Below are positions 1 through 8,354 of a DNA stretch of 12,814 nucleotides, piece by piece; positions within the stretch are counted from its first letter, which is position 1; every line of letters starts with the position of its first letter. The stretch spans positions 1-12,814 of the forward strand of contig JASFLY010000044.1 of the NCBI GenBank assembly GCA_050117845.1. The letters run 5' to 3'. This DNA comes from Candidatus Zixiibacteriota bacterium (lineage in GTDB: Bacteria > RBG-13-66-14 > B26-G2 > WVWN01). The notes below the pieces were generated by a model, which was given only the letters and a program-made list of their open reading frames with translations, had not been told where the DNA came from and ran no database searches. Position numbers and translations under genes: made by a program.

Positions 1-248
1 TGGCGGATCAGCGGCGTTAGGAACAACAGGTCGCCGAAGCCGCCGTTACGGACCAGGAGAAGCGACTTCCCGGTTAGGTCGTGGCCGGCGTACCGGTTGT
101 ACTCGCCGTTCAGGTCGGCCACCTCCACCAGGTGGGGCCGCTTGGCCTGCAGCGCCAGCGCCGTCTTGTCCGGCAGCAGGCGCCGCTCCCCGGCCTTGAC
201 GTCGACGACGTCGAACCGGCCGGGCTTCTTGAATGTCGTTACCTTCAT
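1..248 (-). CDS. Glycosyltransferase family 9 (heptosyltransferase-like, GT-B) protein, 5' part only; runs off the left edge
   Basis: Not in the ORF track. ATG at 248-246 overlaps the upstream stop (ATGA). Manual translation: MKVTTFKKPGRFDVVDVKAGERRLLPDKTALALQAKRPHLVEVADLNGEYNRYAGHDLTGKSLLLVRNGGFGDLLFLTPLIR. The segment 'LLLVRNGGFGDLLFLTPLIR' fits the GT9 N-terminal motif (hhhR.ggxGDhh..tPhh). Confidence 0.75.
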   Translation of the reverse strand, partial: MKVTTFKKPGRFDVVDVKAGERRLLPDKTALALQAKRPHLVEVADLNGEYNRYAGHDLTGKSLLLVRNGGFGDLLFLTPLIR

Positions 249-640
249 GGTTTACCCTCGCTTAGGGCCGCCAGCACGCTCGCCGGCGATCCCCCGTAGA
301 ACCTCGTCTCGCGGAACTTCGTTACGTGATATGTTTTCCCCCCGACCTCGAACACGTCCTTGTCTTTCAACGTGACGCTTTTCTCCTCCAACTCCGCCGT
401 CGAGAGTTCGACGACGCACGAGTAGTCGACGTCCTCGCCGATCGCCGCCAGCACCCGTTCCGTGAACTCGTACGTCACGAGCGCCGCGAGCGGCACGCCG
501 TCCTCGAACGCGTCGACGCCCTCCTCCCATCCCGCGAACTCCTCGCTCCCCTCCAGGTCGAACGGCCGGTACGACACCGCCTCGCCCTCCATCCGGAGCA
601 GCTTCTTGAACAACGCGTGTCCCCGGGCCGCGCTCATCAC
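245..640 (-). CDS. Putative head-closure (head-tail joining) protein
   Basis: About 130 aa with a beta-rich C-terminus (KDKDVFEVGGKTYHV). Lies directly after the adaptor gene and is translationally coupled to it (GTG at 640 or ATG at 637). The call is mainly positional. Confidence 0.55.
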   Translation of the reverse strand: MMSAARGHALFKKLLRMEGEAVSYRPFDLEGSEEFAGWEEGVDAFEDGVPLAALVTYEFTERVLAAIGEDVDYSCVVELSTAELEEKSVTLKDKDVFEVGGKTYHVTKFRETRFYGGSPASVLAALSEGKP

Positions 641-1227
641 ACCGCCCCTATCGCCGGCGGCGCCGCGTACATCTCCAGGATCCCGTCGATCTCCGGATCC
701 CCGGTGGGCCCGCCGCTCTGGGCCAGGTCGCTCAGCTTGTACGAGTAGTCCCGGATCTTCTCCTCGACGATCATGCCCTGCCGCCGGGCGTCGGCCGCCT
801 CCTCGGTCGCGGCCTTCGGCACGCTACGAATAACGAGAAGAACGCACACCCGCTTGATAAGCGCCGGCGTTGCGCCGTCCTCCAGGAAGCCGAAGTCGGC
901 CTCGACGACGACGTTGCCGCGGCCGCGCGGGAAGGCGGCGCCGCGGCGTATTAACCGCCGCTCGTCGGCGACGAACGCCGCCAGGTCGGCCGCCGTCGTA
1001 TCGTCGACGACGACGCGCACGAGATCGACGATCGGCACTCGGAAGAAGAGGGTATCGACGCCCGGGCCGTCCAGCGTGTGGGTTCGGCGTCGGCTTTCGA
1101 AGAACTGGCCCGTGACCCGGTCGATATACCTGGTCGAGAGGTCGATCAGGAAACTGACCCGGGCGTCATCCGCGCTGCTCGAGTCCACGCCCTCGGCGCG
1201 AACGTCGTCGATATCGCAGTAGGGCAT
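637..1227 (-). CDS. Head-tail connector/adaptor (HK97 gp6/SPP1 gp15-like)
   Basis: N-terminal 'YCDIDDVR...LIDLSTRYIDRVTGQFF' and C-terminal 'EEKIRDYSYK...ILEMY' patterns typical of adaptors; directly downstream of the major capsid gene. Confidence 0.75.
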   Translation of the reverse strand: MPYCDIDDVRAEGVDSSSADDARVSFLIDLSTRYIDRVTGQFFESRRRTHTLDGPGVDTLFFRVPIVDLVRVVVDDTTAADLAAFVADERRLIRRGAAFPRGRGNVVVEADFGFLEDGATPALIKRVCVLLVIRSVPKAATEEAADARRQGMIVEEKIRDYSYKLSDLAQSGGPTGDPEIDGILEMYAAPPAIGAV

Positions 1228-1247
1228 AGCGTGCCTTCCGGTTTATC

Positions 1248-1277
1248 GGAGGGAGCCGGCCGAGGCCGGCCCCCTCC
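1248..1277 (-). terminator. Strong hairpin after the major capsid gene (mRNA stabiliser or partial terminator)
   Basis: mRNA GGAGGGGGCCGGC-CUCG-GCCGGCUCCCUCC: 13-bp stem with one G-U pair, starting 6 nt after the capsid stop. No U-tract follows. Confidence 0.6.
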
Positions 1278-1283
1278 TCACGC

Positions 1284-2228
1284 CTAAGACGAGGCGAGGG
1301 TATGCTTGATGTTTTTGCCCTCGACGACCGCGTCCTCTTCCTCGAACTGGACGTCGGTCCAGAGGGTCCCCGTGACCGCGACGTACTGCTCGCGGAACTT
1401 CTCCTCGGCCTTGATGGTGATGTCCTGGAGTACGCCGTAGAGGATGTTCTTCGGGTGAACCAGGAGCGAGGACGAGACCGCGTCCGCACCCGAACCCGAT
1501 TCGACGATCATCGGCACCGGGATAACCGGTATACCCATGTAGAAAACCGGGATGTCCTCGAGGAGGTACCGGTCGCCGGCGCCCGTCAGTCGGTCGGCGA
1601 GCCACTGCCGGTAGAGGAGTTCGATCTCCTCGTGGACGTAGAAGCACCACTCCGCCTTGCGGCGAAGGTACTTCTTGGGAAGCAGGTTCAGCATCCCCTT
1701 GAATACCGTGTGCGGCTCGAAGTCGGCGGAGCTGTGGTCGTACTCGTGAGTTCCGGCCAGCTTGAACAGGCCTTCGTTTATCGTGTAAAAGGGCTCGGCG
1801 GATGTCGTGTCGCCCATGATGATGAGTTCCTCGAGGTCCACGCCGGCCTTTTCGGCCATCGCCGAGATGATCGTGTCCTTGATCCGATCCCGCTCGATGT
1901 TCTTCTTGAACACGTCGAGGCCGATATCGACGGCCATGACCGTCTTGACCGCCGTCAGCGTGACCATGCCGGTCGCCGGGTCGACGCCAGTCTCCGTGGT
2001 GCCGTACGTCCCGCTCGGTTTCTGCAGCACGCGGTTCGCAAAGCCGATCTTGTGGAACTCCTCGACTTCCCGATCCATCGGCTCGTACCGGGCCTCCTTG
2101 AGGATCACGGTCTGCTCGACGGCCGCCCGGATGAACTCCTCGCGCTGTTCGGCGTTGAGTTCGCCGCCGCTGGCCAGGTCTGCCACGGCGAACTTCACCG
2201 CCTGAATGAGTTCCTCGTTTCGTTTCAC
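1284..2228 (-). CDS. Major capsid protein (HK97 fold, PBSX XkdG-like)
   Basis: Motifs 'GGELNAEQREEFI', 'DLEELIIMGD' and 'LLVHPKNILYG'; size about 314 aa; follows the protease gene. Start moved from TTG 2234 to GTG 2228 because GGAGG (2239-2235) is then 6 nt upstream. Confidence 0.9.
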   Translation of the reverse strand: MKRNEELIQAVKFAVADLASGGELNAEQREEFIRAAVEQTVILKEARYEPMDREVEEFHKIGFANRVLQKPSGTYGTTETGVDPATGMVTLTAVKTVMAVDIGLDVFKKNIERDRIKDTIISAMAEKAGVDLEELIIMGDTTSAEPFYTINEGLFKLAGTHEYDHSSADFEPHTVFKGMLNLLPKKYLRRKAEWCFYVHEEIELLYRQWLADRLTGAGDRYLLEDIPVFYMGIPVIPVPMIVESGSGADAVSSSLLVHPKNILYGVLQDITIKAEEKFREQYVAVTGTLWTDVQFEEEDAVVEGKNIKHTLASS

Positions 2229-2291
2229 GTTCAACCTCCGGTAGTTCGGTTGCTGTTTTCGGTTCGGGTTACTGGTCGTGTTGCCGTCGAG

Positions 2292-2690
2292 TTAGCGGAA
2301 GACGTTTTCCATGACGCCGGCCCACTTCTCGCCCTTCTCCGGGGACGGGTCCTGGCCCGTCGCGGCCCGGCTCCGGCCGGCCTCGAGTTCCTTGACGCGC
2401 TTCTGGATATCGTCGAGTTTCTCGCCGATACCCGGTTCGGTCTTGAGTTCGTCGAATTTACCCGCGGCCTTTTCGCCTTCGGCTTTGGGGGGCGCCGACT
2501 CGGTCGCCTCCGGCGCTTTTTCCGGATCGGCGGGAGCCGCCGGCTCGGGATCCGGGGCCTTCGACTCGTCAGGGTCGGGATCGGCCGGCGCGGGCAACGC
2601 CGCCTTGATTTCGTCGAGCTTCTCGCCAAACCCGGCGACGGCCTTGCCGACCTCCTCGGTTACCAGTTTCCGGATTTCTTCTTCGGTCAT
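2292..2690 (-). CDS. Probable nested in-frame scaffolding protein (internal start in the protease gene)
   Basis: AGGAGG (2704-2699) lies 8 nt before an in-frame ATG at 2690 (MTEEEIRKLV...), giving a 132-aa acidic, helical product. Confidence 0.55.
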   Translation of the reverse strand: MTEEEIRKLVTEEVGKAVAGFGEKLDEIKAALPAPADPDPDESKAPDPEPAAPADPEKAPEATESAPPKAEGEKAAGKFDELKTEPGIGEKLDDIQKRVKELEAGRSRAATGQDPSPEKGEKWAGVMENVFR

Positions 2691-3275
2691 CTCTTCAGCC
2701 TCCTGTGTCGGCGTCTTCGCCGGGTTGTCGTTGATCCCAAGGAACGCCAGGGCCTTCGCGAGAAGCCCGGCGACCGTCGTTTTTATATCGGCGCCCGGAT
2801 CGCCCGGCGGGATCGCACCGTCGTCCGCGCGTTTGATGACGTCGTATACGCAGTCGGGATTGGCAGGCCGGTCCACGAGGGAAACCTCGATCAGGAGGTA
2901 CTTCGTGATACGCCAGACCTCCTTCAACCCGTCCCAGACGCACTCGATGATCCGGAACCCGATGCTAAATCCCTTTAGGACTCCCTCCTTGACCTTGACC
3001 CAACACTCGTCGTCGACGACCTTGACCTTCACGTACAGGCCCTTATTGTCGACCTCCATATCCTTGACGACGCCGACGGCGTGGGCCTGGTGCATGTACC
3101 GCACGTTGCCCCACTTCCGGTACTCCTCGACGGCCTCGCGAGTCGCGTCGAGGTCGACGATGTCCCCTTCGAGGTCAACGGAGTCCGTCGTCGCGTAACC
3201 CTCGACGGTCCGCTCGTCCTCGTTGACCTTCGTAATCTCAACGAAAATGAGTCCCTTGTTCTTCCTCGTCGTCAT
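2292..3275 (-). CDS. Prohead protease (HK97/XkdF-like) with C-terminal scaffold-like extension
   Basis: Motifs 'VEGYATTDSVDLEGDIV', 'YMHQAHAVG', 'GVLKGFSIGF' and 'EVSLVDRPANP' (His/Ser catalytic pattern). Start moved to ATG 3275 with GGAGG at 3285-3281. The C-terminal half is acidic and Pro/Ala-rich. Confidence 0.88.
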   Translation of the reverse strand: MTTRKNKGLIFVEITKVNEDERTVEGYATTDSVDLEGDIVDLDATREAVEEYRKWGNVRYMHQAHAVGVVKDMEVDNKGLYVKVKVVDDECWVKVKEGVLKGFSIGFRIIECVWDGLKEVWRITKYLLIEVSLVDRPANPDCVYDVIKRADDGAIPPGDPGADIKTTVAGLLAKALAFLGINDNPAKTPTQEAEEMTEEEIRKLVTEEVGKAVAGFGEKLDEIKAALPAPADPDPDESKAPDPEPAAPADPEKAPEATESAPPKAEGEKAAGKFDELKTEPGIGEKLDDIQKRVKELEAGRSRAATGQDPSPEKGEKWAGVMENVFR

Positions 3276-3290
3276 CGTCGCCTCCAACGT

Positions 3291-3335
3291 AAAAAGCCCG
3301 GCCGCCGTCGATCTCTCGACGATTGCCGGGCCTCT
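3291..3335 (-). terminator. Intrinsic terminator between com and the protease gene
   Basis: mRNA AGAG-GCCCGGC-AAU-CGUCGA-GAGA-UCGACG-GCG-GCCGGGC-UUUUU: two stacked GC-rich stems, a GNRA loop and a U5 tract. Confidence 0.75.
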
Positions 3336-3391
3336 CCGGGCCTCTCACGCCGCGCCCTGGGGCTTAGTGCCGGGCCCTCTCGGGGGCTCTC
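3324..3391 (-). promoter_or_regulatory. Two tandem AGAG..CC motifs, candidate Com-family RNA-binding sites
   Basis: mRNA GAGAGCCCCCGAGAGGGCCCGGCA (3391-3368) and GAGAGGCCCGGAGAGGCCCGGCA (3346-3324), 39 nt downstream of the com stop. The second copy overlaps the 5' arm of the terminator. Confidence 0.55.
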
Positions 3392-3429
3392 GGGCGTCGA
3401 CGCGTGGCGCTTACGTTTCTATCGCTCGT

Positions 3430-3600
3430 TCATATCGCTTTGGTCGCCTCGGGCCGGGCCAGCTTGTCCCGCGCCGACGGCGCCGTAAACCTGTTAAGGT
3501 GCCCGCATTTCGGGCATTTAATCTCGGCGTTGCGTAGCGACTCGGCCCGTAGCAGGAGCCGGCCGCACCGCTGGCATCGTATCTCGTTTACTCGACTCAT
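3430..3600 (-). CDS. com: Mu Com-family zinc-finger RNA-binding regulator
   Basis: 'EIRCQRCGRLLLRAESLRNAEIKCPKCGHLNRF' matches the Com pattern (iRCxxCxxLL...eIKCpxCgxxn). Start moved to ATG 3600, an ATGA overlap with the upstream stop; 56 aa. Confidence 0.82.
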   Translation of the reverse strand: MSRVNEIRCQRCGRLLLRAESLRNAEIKCPKCGHLNRFTAPSARDKLARPEATKAI

Positions 3601-4553
3601 CCCGCCGGCGCCGTTGTACATCTACATTTCCCATGAAATTCCGGGAGCCACTTACCGCTATTCATCTCCCGGTCCGAAATGCCGCCCGCCTGGTCCGCGT
3701 CCTTCAGCCAGGGGAAATACTCCTTGACCGCTTTCGGGTCGTCGTCATCAAGGAGGGCATCGAGCCGCTTGTTCGCCTTGCCGACGGAGACGATTCGTCC
3801 CCCCATCGGCTCGCAACGGTCGCACACCGCGTCGTCGCCCATCGTCAGGATCTCGAGCGTTTCGATTTCGGCCGCCCCGTAGCCGCGGACGCGGGCGAAG
3901 TTCCGCGTGCGATTTACGGCCGACGACGCCACGGTTTCCCAGTAACTCTCCGACAGGCCGTACTTCTCGCCTAGGAGGGCCCGCAGCGTCTCGCCGAGTT
4001 CCTCGATCGACTGCCCCCCGCGAAGCGCCTCCTCCCGGGCGGTCTTCGCAATCAACTCCCCCAAGTCTTTATCGACGTGGTTCAGGACCCAGAAATGAGA
4101 ATCGTTCTTCAGCCACTCCAGCGTTACCTCGTCCACGAGGCCGAACGATACGCCAGCCGGGGCGCCGGATTCTAGGAGCGCGAGTTCGCGGCCCAGGCCG
4201 TACATCTCGCTCAGGTGCTGGCCCACCGGCGCCGCCACCGCGTCGGCCAGGGGCGTTAGCGCCGCCCGGTACTTCGCCACGAGGCCGTCGACGGCCGCGT
4301 CGAGGTCACCGGCGCGGAGTCCCTGCAGGAACGCCTCGATCGCGACCTCGGTGCCGCCGTCGAACAACTCCGCGTACTTCTCGACCAGGAGCGCCTTTAT
4401 CCGGGCCTCGAGCGCCCGGGCGACCGTGACGTCTTTCGGCGGCCGCGTCTTCTTCGCGCCGTCGATCCTCGCGACGAGCTCGTCGACGGTATCGACGGCC
4501 GCGAGGAGGTCCGCGATGGACATCTTCCTAAGCTGAGCGTCGAGCGATTTCAT
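3597..4553 (-). CDS. Head morphogenesis/minor head protein (SPP1 gp7/Mu gpF family)
   Basis: C-terminal 'DDAVCDRCEPMGG...LPEFHGKCRCT' motif; directly after the portal gene. An alternative start exists at ATG 4523. Confidence 0.85.
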   Translation of the reverse strand: MKSLDAQLRKMSIADLLAAVDTVDELVARIDGAKKTRPPKDVTVARALEARIKALLVEKYAELFDGGTEVAIEAFLQGLRAGDLDAAVDGLVAKYRAALTPLADAVAAPVGQHLSEMYGLGRELALLESGAPAGVSFGLVDEVTLEWLKNDSHFWVLNHVDKDLGELIAKTAREEALRGGQSIEELGETLRALLGEKYGLSESYWETVASSAVNRTRNFARVRGYGAAEIETLEILTMGDDAVCDRCEPMGGRIVSVGKANKRLDALLDDDDPKAVKEYFPWLKDADQAGGISDREMNSGKWLPEFHGKCRCTTAPAG

Positions 4554-6024
4554 CGTATATCGCCGTCTTCATCGTCTTGAGTGACGCCAGTAGGCCCTTA
4601 CCCTCGTCGTCGAACGCGAGGCCCCCGAGTTGCAATTGCAGCTGCGCGATCGAAAGCGGCAGGTCGGCCCACTCCTCCTCGAGCGGCTCGAGGTTACGCT
4701 CCCGGCGGATGTCGTTGATCGTGTACCCGCCGACGCGGGAAAGGCGTTCTATCTCCTCGGCCTGCTCGCCGGGGTCGCCGAGCTCCATCGACCGGAACCG
4801 GAAACGCCAGTTCTGGATATCCATGTCGGCGACGACCGTGGCGTTGATGATGTAGTTCAGCGTCCGCCGCATCGGCCGGAACACCTGCTCCTCGCCGAGT
4901 TTGCGGGCCTCGATGGCGTTGGCCCGGTTCACGTCCTTGACCTGCCCCAGGAATATCGGGTGAAGCCGGAACGTGCCACGCACCTCGTCGTCGTTGGCCT
5001 CCCGGTACTTCAGGAAGCTGGCGTCCTCGGCCACGCCGACGGTAAGCTTCTCGAGGCGGATCGTGACGCGGTTGTTGGTGCGCGCCGCGAGTTGGTCGTT
5101 CAACGCGGCTTCGAGCACGAGGACCTTGTGGGCGTTGGTGACGCCGCGCGTGTTGGCCTCGAGGTATTCCCGGATGTATTTCTCCGAGTCCTTCGACAGG
5201 GCGCCGCCGTTGACGAGAACGACGAACCGCGGTACGCCGTTGTTCACGAAGAAGTAGTAGTTGTACTCGGCGGCTTCGCGGCTGCCGAGGATCGCCGGCG
5301 TCGCCGACACGTACTTCGGGATCCCGTAGTAGTCCGAACGCGACGAGTACTCCAGGATGTGAATGACCTCGTTGGCGCGGCGGGCCGGGTCCTCGGCGCC
5401 CTCCTTGCCCGTCTCGTAGTCGATGTTCCGCTCGTCGCCGAATTCCTTGAAGTAAACCTTCTTCCCGCTGCGGATCTGGACGAAGCCACCCCGGGGCCGC
5501 ACGCGCATCGTGTGCCCGGGCAGGTGGGCGAAGCCGTCAATCTCGTCCTTCGCGTTCCGCAGGACCTCCAGGTAGCCGTTGCCGAGAACGAGGTCGTCGG
5601 TCAGCCAGCGCCCCGCTATCTCGACGAACGGCAGCCGGTGCCGGGGGTCGATGACGATCTCGCCCTCCTCGCCCGGGAAGAGCGCCTGAAGGCGTTCGAG
5701 TTCCTTCTTCGCTTCGCCCTTATCGGGGTCGACGTCCTCGTGGGCCGGGACGAACTCGAAGCCCTGGCCCACGACGTTGGTGACCATCGCGCCGACGCAG
5801 CCCCTCAGCGTCGAGTTCATCTCCGGGTACTTCGCGAGTTCCGCGAGATCGTACGGCGGCTTCATGACGTCGCCGGCGTCGTAGAGCCTACTCCACGGCT
5901 CGTCCTTGAGGGCGGTGGATTCGCCGCGGCCTTCCGCATCCACGGCCTTGGCCTCGGGGCCTACGAGGTAGGCGCGGGTCGTCGATTCGTCCACTTCGGC
6001 CAGTTGTGTAGTTTTCCCGGCCAT
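4528..6024 (-). CDS. Portal protein (PBSX family)
   Basis: Motifs 'KPPYDLAELAK', 'LGNGYLEVLRN', 'NEVIHI..YS..SDYYGIP', 'FFVNNGVPRFVV' and 'TINDIRRERNLEPL'; 498 aa; TAATG coupling to terL. Confidence 0.92.
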   Translation of the reverse strand: MAGKTTQLAEVDESTTRAYLVGPEAKAVDAEGRGESTALKDEPWSRLYDAGDVMKPPYDLAELAKYPEMNSTLRGCVGAMVTNVVGQGFEFVPAHEDVDPDKGEAKKELERLQALFPGEEGEIVIDPRHRLPFVEIAGRWLTDDLVLGNGYLEVLRNAKDEIDGFAHLPGHTMRVRPRGGFVQIRSGKKVYFKEFGDERNIDYETGKEGAEDPARRANEVIHILEYSSRSDYYGIPKYVSATPAILGSREAAEYNYYFFVNNGVPRFVVLVNGGALSKDSEKYIREYLEANTRGVTNAHKVLVLEAALNDQLAARTNNRVTIRLEKLTVGVAEDASFLKYREANDDEVRGTFRLHPIFLGQVKDVNRANAIEARKLGEEQVFRPMRRTLNYIINATVVADMDIQNWRFRFRSMELGDPGEQAEEIERLSRVGGYTINDIRRERNLEPLEEEWADLPLSIAQLQLQLGGLAFDDEGKGLLASLKTMKTAIYDEIARRSA

Positions 6025-7757
6025 TATCCGATCACCCTAGCTGCCACCGCCGGCTCGTCCAGCGGTAGGACGTAGGTCCTGATTATCTCGAGCGCCGCCC
6101 TGTCATAATTGCACGCGTGCCTGTAGTGATCCGGCTTCCCGCCCTCGCGGTATACGGCGCGCTTGTTCCCGTCGGCGGCGTCTTCGAGGACGCGGACCGG
6201 AGCGGTCATGTGTTCGTAGTACTCCGGGATCTCCCGGGCGTTCGCCGGCAACAGGTCCCGGCACTCCAGGATGTCCTCGCCCGACTCGTCGAGCGACGCC
6301 GTCCGGTCGAGGCGGACAATACGGCTCGCCGGCCAGCCCTCGCCCTCCCGTAGCCACCCGGATCCCCGCTTTCTGGTGTCGTACTCAGCGAGGAAAACGC
6401 GAGCCGGGAAACGGGCGGCCAGCTCCTCGGTCGCCCGCGTCTCCGGCTGGTGGTCGACTACCATCGCGCGGATATTGTACCGGGCCATCAGCGCGGCCAC
6501 CTCGTCAAACGTGTCCAGCGCGTCGATGCAAACCGCCTTGCGGATCGTCGCGCCGGTGGCCGTGTCCCCCACGAGTTCGGATACCCGGGCGTGCAGCTTC
6601 GCGCCGACGTCGACGCCGGCGGTGCACGCCATATCCGAAACCGACGGCATCAGGTACCCGTCGAGGCGGCAGCGGTCCAGCATCGTCGAATCGACCTTGG
6701 CGCCCTTCTGCGTGTGGGGTTCGCCCAGGTCGAAGTTGTGGAAGTCCTCGGTTTTCGTGGGATTCCCGATCGCCTCGAGGTGCGTGCATGCGAGTTCGGC
6801 GACGGAGTTCGTGCTGCTCATCAGCTTGGATATCTTGAAGCCGGCGATCGCGCTGTTCGGGTTCTGCGGCGTCCACCGCCCCGGGGCCAACCGGTTGATC
6901 GGTGCCCCGCACTTCGGGCAGTAGACGTACACGTCGCGGCCGAGTTCCCGCTGCAGCCACTCCCAGTCGTACTCGGTGACGCCGGCGAGCAGCTCCGCGG
7001 CCTCCGGGTCCCGCGGCTCCCGCGTCTCGGGGTCCGCGAAGACCTGCGAGAAGAACCGCATCTCGCGGTACTCGCCGCACGCCGGGCACGGCACCTCCCA
7101 CACCCGTCGGTCACTCCTGAGGTACTCGGCGTTGATGCCGACCTCGTCGATCGTGGGCGTCGAGATCTTCTGCAATCCCTTGTACTCCGAGTGCCCGAGG
7201 CGCCGCTCCACCTTACCCAGGTGGTCCTGGACGCAGAAGTCGAGCTCGTCGATTATAACGTCGTCGATGGGCGCCGCCAGTGAGTCCAGAACACTCTTCG
7301 AGCCGGCGAAGTAAATCGCCCCCGGGCCGACGTGCTTCAGCCACGTCTGGTCGCGGCGCTTCGCGACGAGCTCGCCGTCCTGGTGCCGGACCGCGGCCTT
7401 GACGTTCGGGCTCTCGTTGATGATCTTGTCGACGCGGTCCGCGACGAACTTCCTCAACTGCTCGCGGGCCGGGAAGACGTACAGCACGCGGAGGGCGTGC
7501 TCCATCGCCAGCCACAACGCCAGGCAGATCAGGTACGTTGATACGCCACACTGCGCCGACTTCTGCACGACGACCCGCCGGCTACGGTTCGCGTAGATCT
7601 CCCGGAGGTAGTCGTGCCCGTCGAACCTGTACGGCCGGCCCTCGAGTATCACGTGCTGGAGGACCCAGAGCGAGAGGTTCGCCTTGAGGCGTTGCAGAAC
7701 GAGCGCCCTAAACAGCGCCTTCCTGTCCGCCGGTAATGATTGATTCGAGGAATGCAT
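6024..7757 (-). CDS. Terminase large subunit (lambda GpA-like)
   Basis: Walker A-like 'VVQKSAQCGVST', Walker B 'VIIDELD', 'ISTPT', 'SDRRVWEVPCPACG...CPKCG' zinc motif, nuclease 'AGVDVG' and 'PDHYRHACNY'. Confidence 0.92.
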   Translation of the reverse strand: MHSSNQSLPADRKALFRALVLQRLKANLSLWVLQHVILEGRPYRFDGHDYLREIYANRSRRVVVQKSAQCGVSTYLICLALWLAMEHALRVLYVFPAREQLRKFVADRVDKIINESPNVKAAVRHQDGELVAKRRDQTWLKHVGPGAIYFAGSKSVLDSLAAPIDDVIIDELDFCVQDHLGKVERRLGHSEYKGLQKISTPTIDEVGINAEYLRSDRRVWEVPCPACGEYREMRFFSQVFADPETREPRDPEAAELLAGVTEYDWEWLQRELGRDVYVYCPKCGAPINRLAPGRWTPQNPNSAIAGFKISKLMSSTNSVAELACTHLEAIGNPTKTEDFHNFDLGEPHTQKGAKVDSTMLDRCRLDGYLMPSVSDMACTAGVDVGAKLHARVSELVGDTATGATIRKAVCIDALDTFDEVAALMARYNIRAMVVDHQPETRATEELAARFPARVFLAEYDTRKRGSGWLREGEGWPASRIVRLDRTASLDESGEDILECRDLLPANAREIPEYYEHMTAPVRVLEDAADGNKRAVYREGGKPDHYRHACNYDRAALEIIRTYVLPLDEPAVAARVIG

Positions 7758-8346
7758 CTAGTCTCGTCGCGACCTCGGCGGGGAGTTCGATCTCGCCGAA
7801 CAGCCCGGCCACCTTCGCGCTTATCGGTATGTCGCCGCCGCCCTGGCCGGAAAGCTCGTGCGCCTGGACGTCGAGGCCGTACAGCTTCGCGATGCCCTCC
7901 AGCGTCTCCCGCTGGATCTTAAGCGCCGCGTTCGCCTCGGCTATCCGGGGGCCGGACTCCTCGGCCGCCTTGGTTTCCTTGTCGCCCTCTTTCTTGGCCG
8001 TCTTCTTGACGGCGAGCTTCATCGCCTCGCGCCGGTGGTCCTCGGCCTTGTCGATGACGCGGAGGTAACGCTTGTAGATCTCGCCGCGGCGCTGGTCCCG
8101 GACCTCCGCCAGGTCCCCCCGTGCCTCGTCCTTCTCGATCGACTCGATGTCCCGGCGGACCGTCGTGTCGGGCACGCCCAGCAGCCGGGAGATCTCGAAC
8201 GGGCACTTCCCGTCCATCCTGAGCAGGTCGACGAAGTGCCGGCGAATAATTATGCCTTCCTTCGCCTCCAAGTCCCTGTTTTCCCAGGGCCTTGCGCCGG
8301 CCAGGACGTCCTCCAGACTTGCCAGTTTTTCGGTGATTTCGGACAT
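7708..8346 (-). CDS. Terminase small subunit
   Basis: N-terminal HTH 'EISRLLGVPDTTVRRDI', helical middle and 'AKLYGLD...ELSGQGGGDI' tail; overlaps terL by 50 nt. Confidence 0.75.
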   Translation of the reverse strand: MSEITEKLASLEDVLAGARPWENRDLEAKEGIIIRRHFVDLLRMDGKCPFEISRLLGVPDTTVRRDIESIEKDEARGDLAEVRDQRRGEIYKRYLRVIDKAEDHRREAMKLAVKKTAKKEGDKETKAAEESGPRIAEANAALKIQRETLEGIAKLYGLDVQAHELSGQGGGDIPISAKVAGLFGEIELPAEVATRLDAFLESIITGGQEGAV

Positions 8347-8354
8347 GGTTTTTA

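Noticed and set aside
1302..2978. 558-aa plus-strand ORF, and similar long plus-strand ORFs at 2311-3198, 4630-6075, 6450-7283 and 11142-12470
   Set aside because: Antisense shadows of well-supported minus-strand genes. High-GC codon bias removes stops on the opposite strand, and they show no recognisable motifs.
3419..3433. Mini-ORF MNER* overlapping the com stop (ATGA)
   Set aside because: Four codons only and could easily arise by chance. A leader-peptide role cannot be supported from sequence alone.
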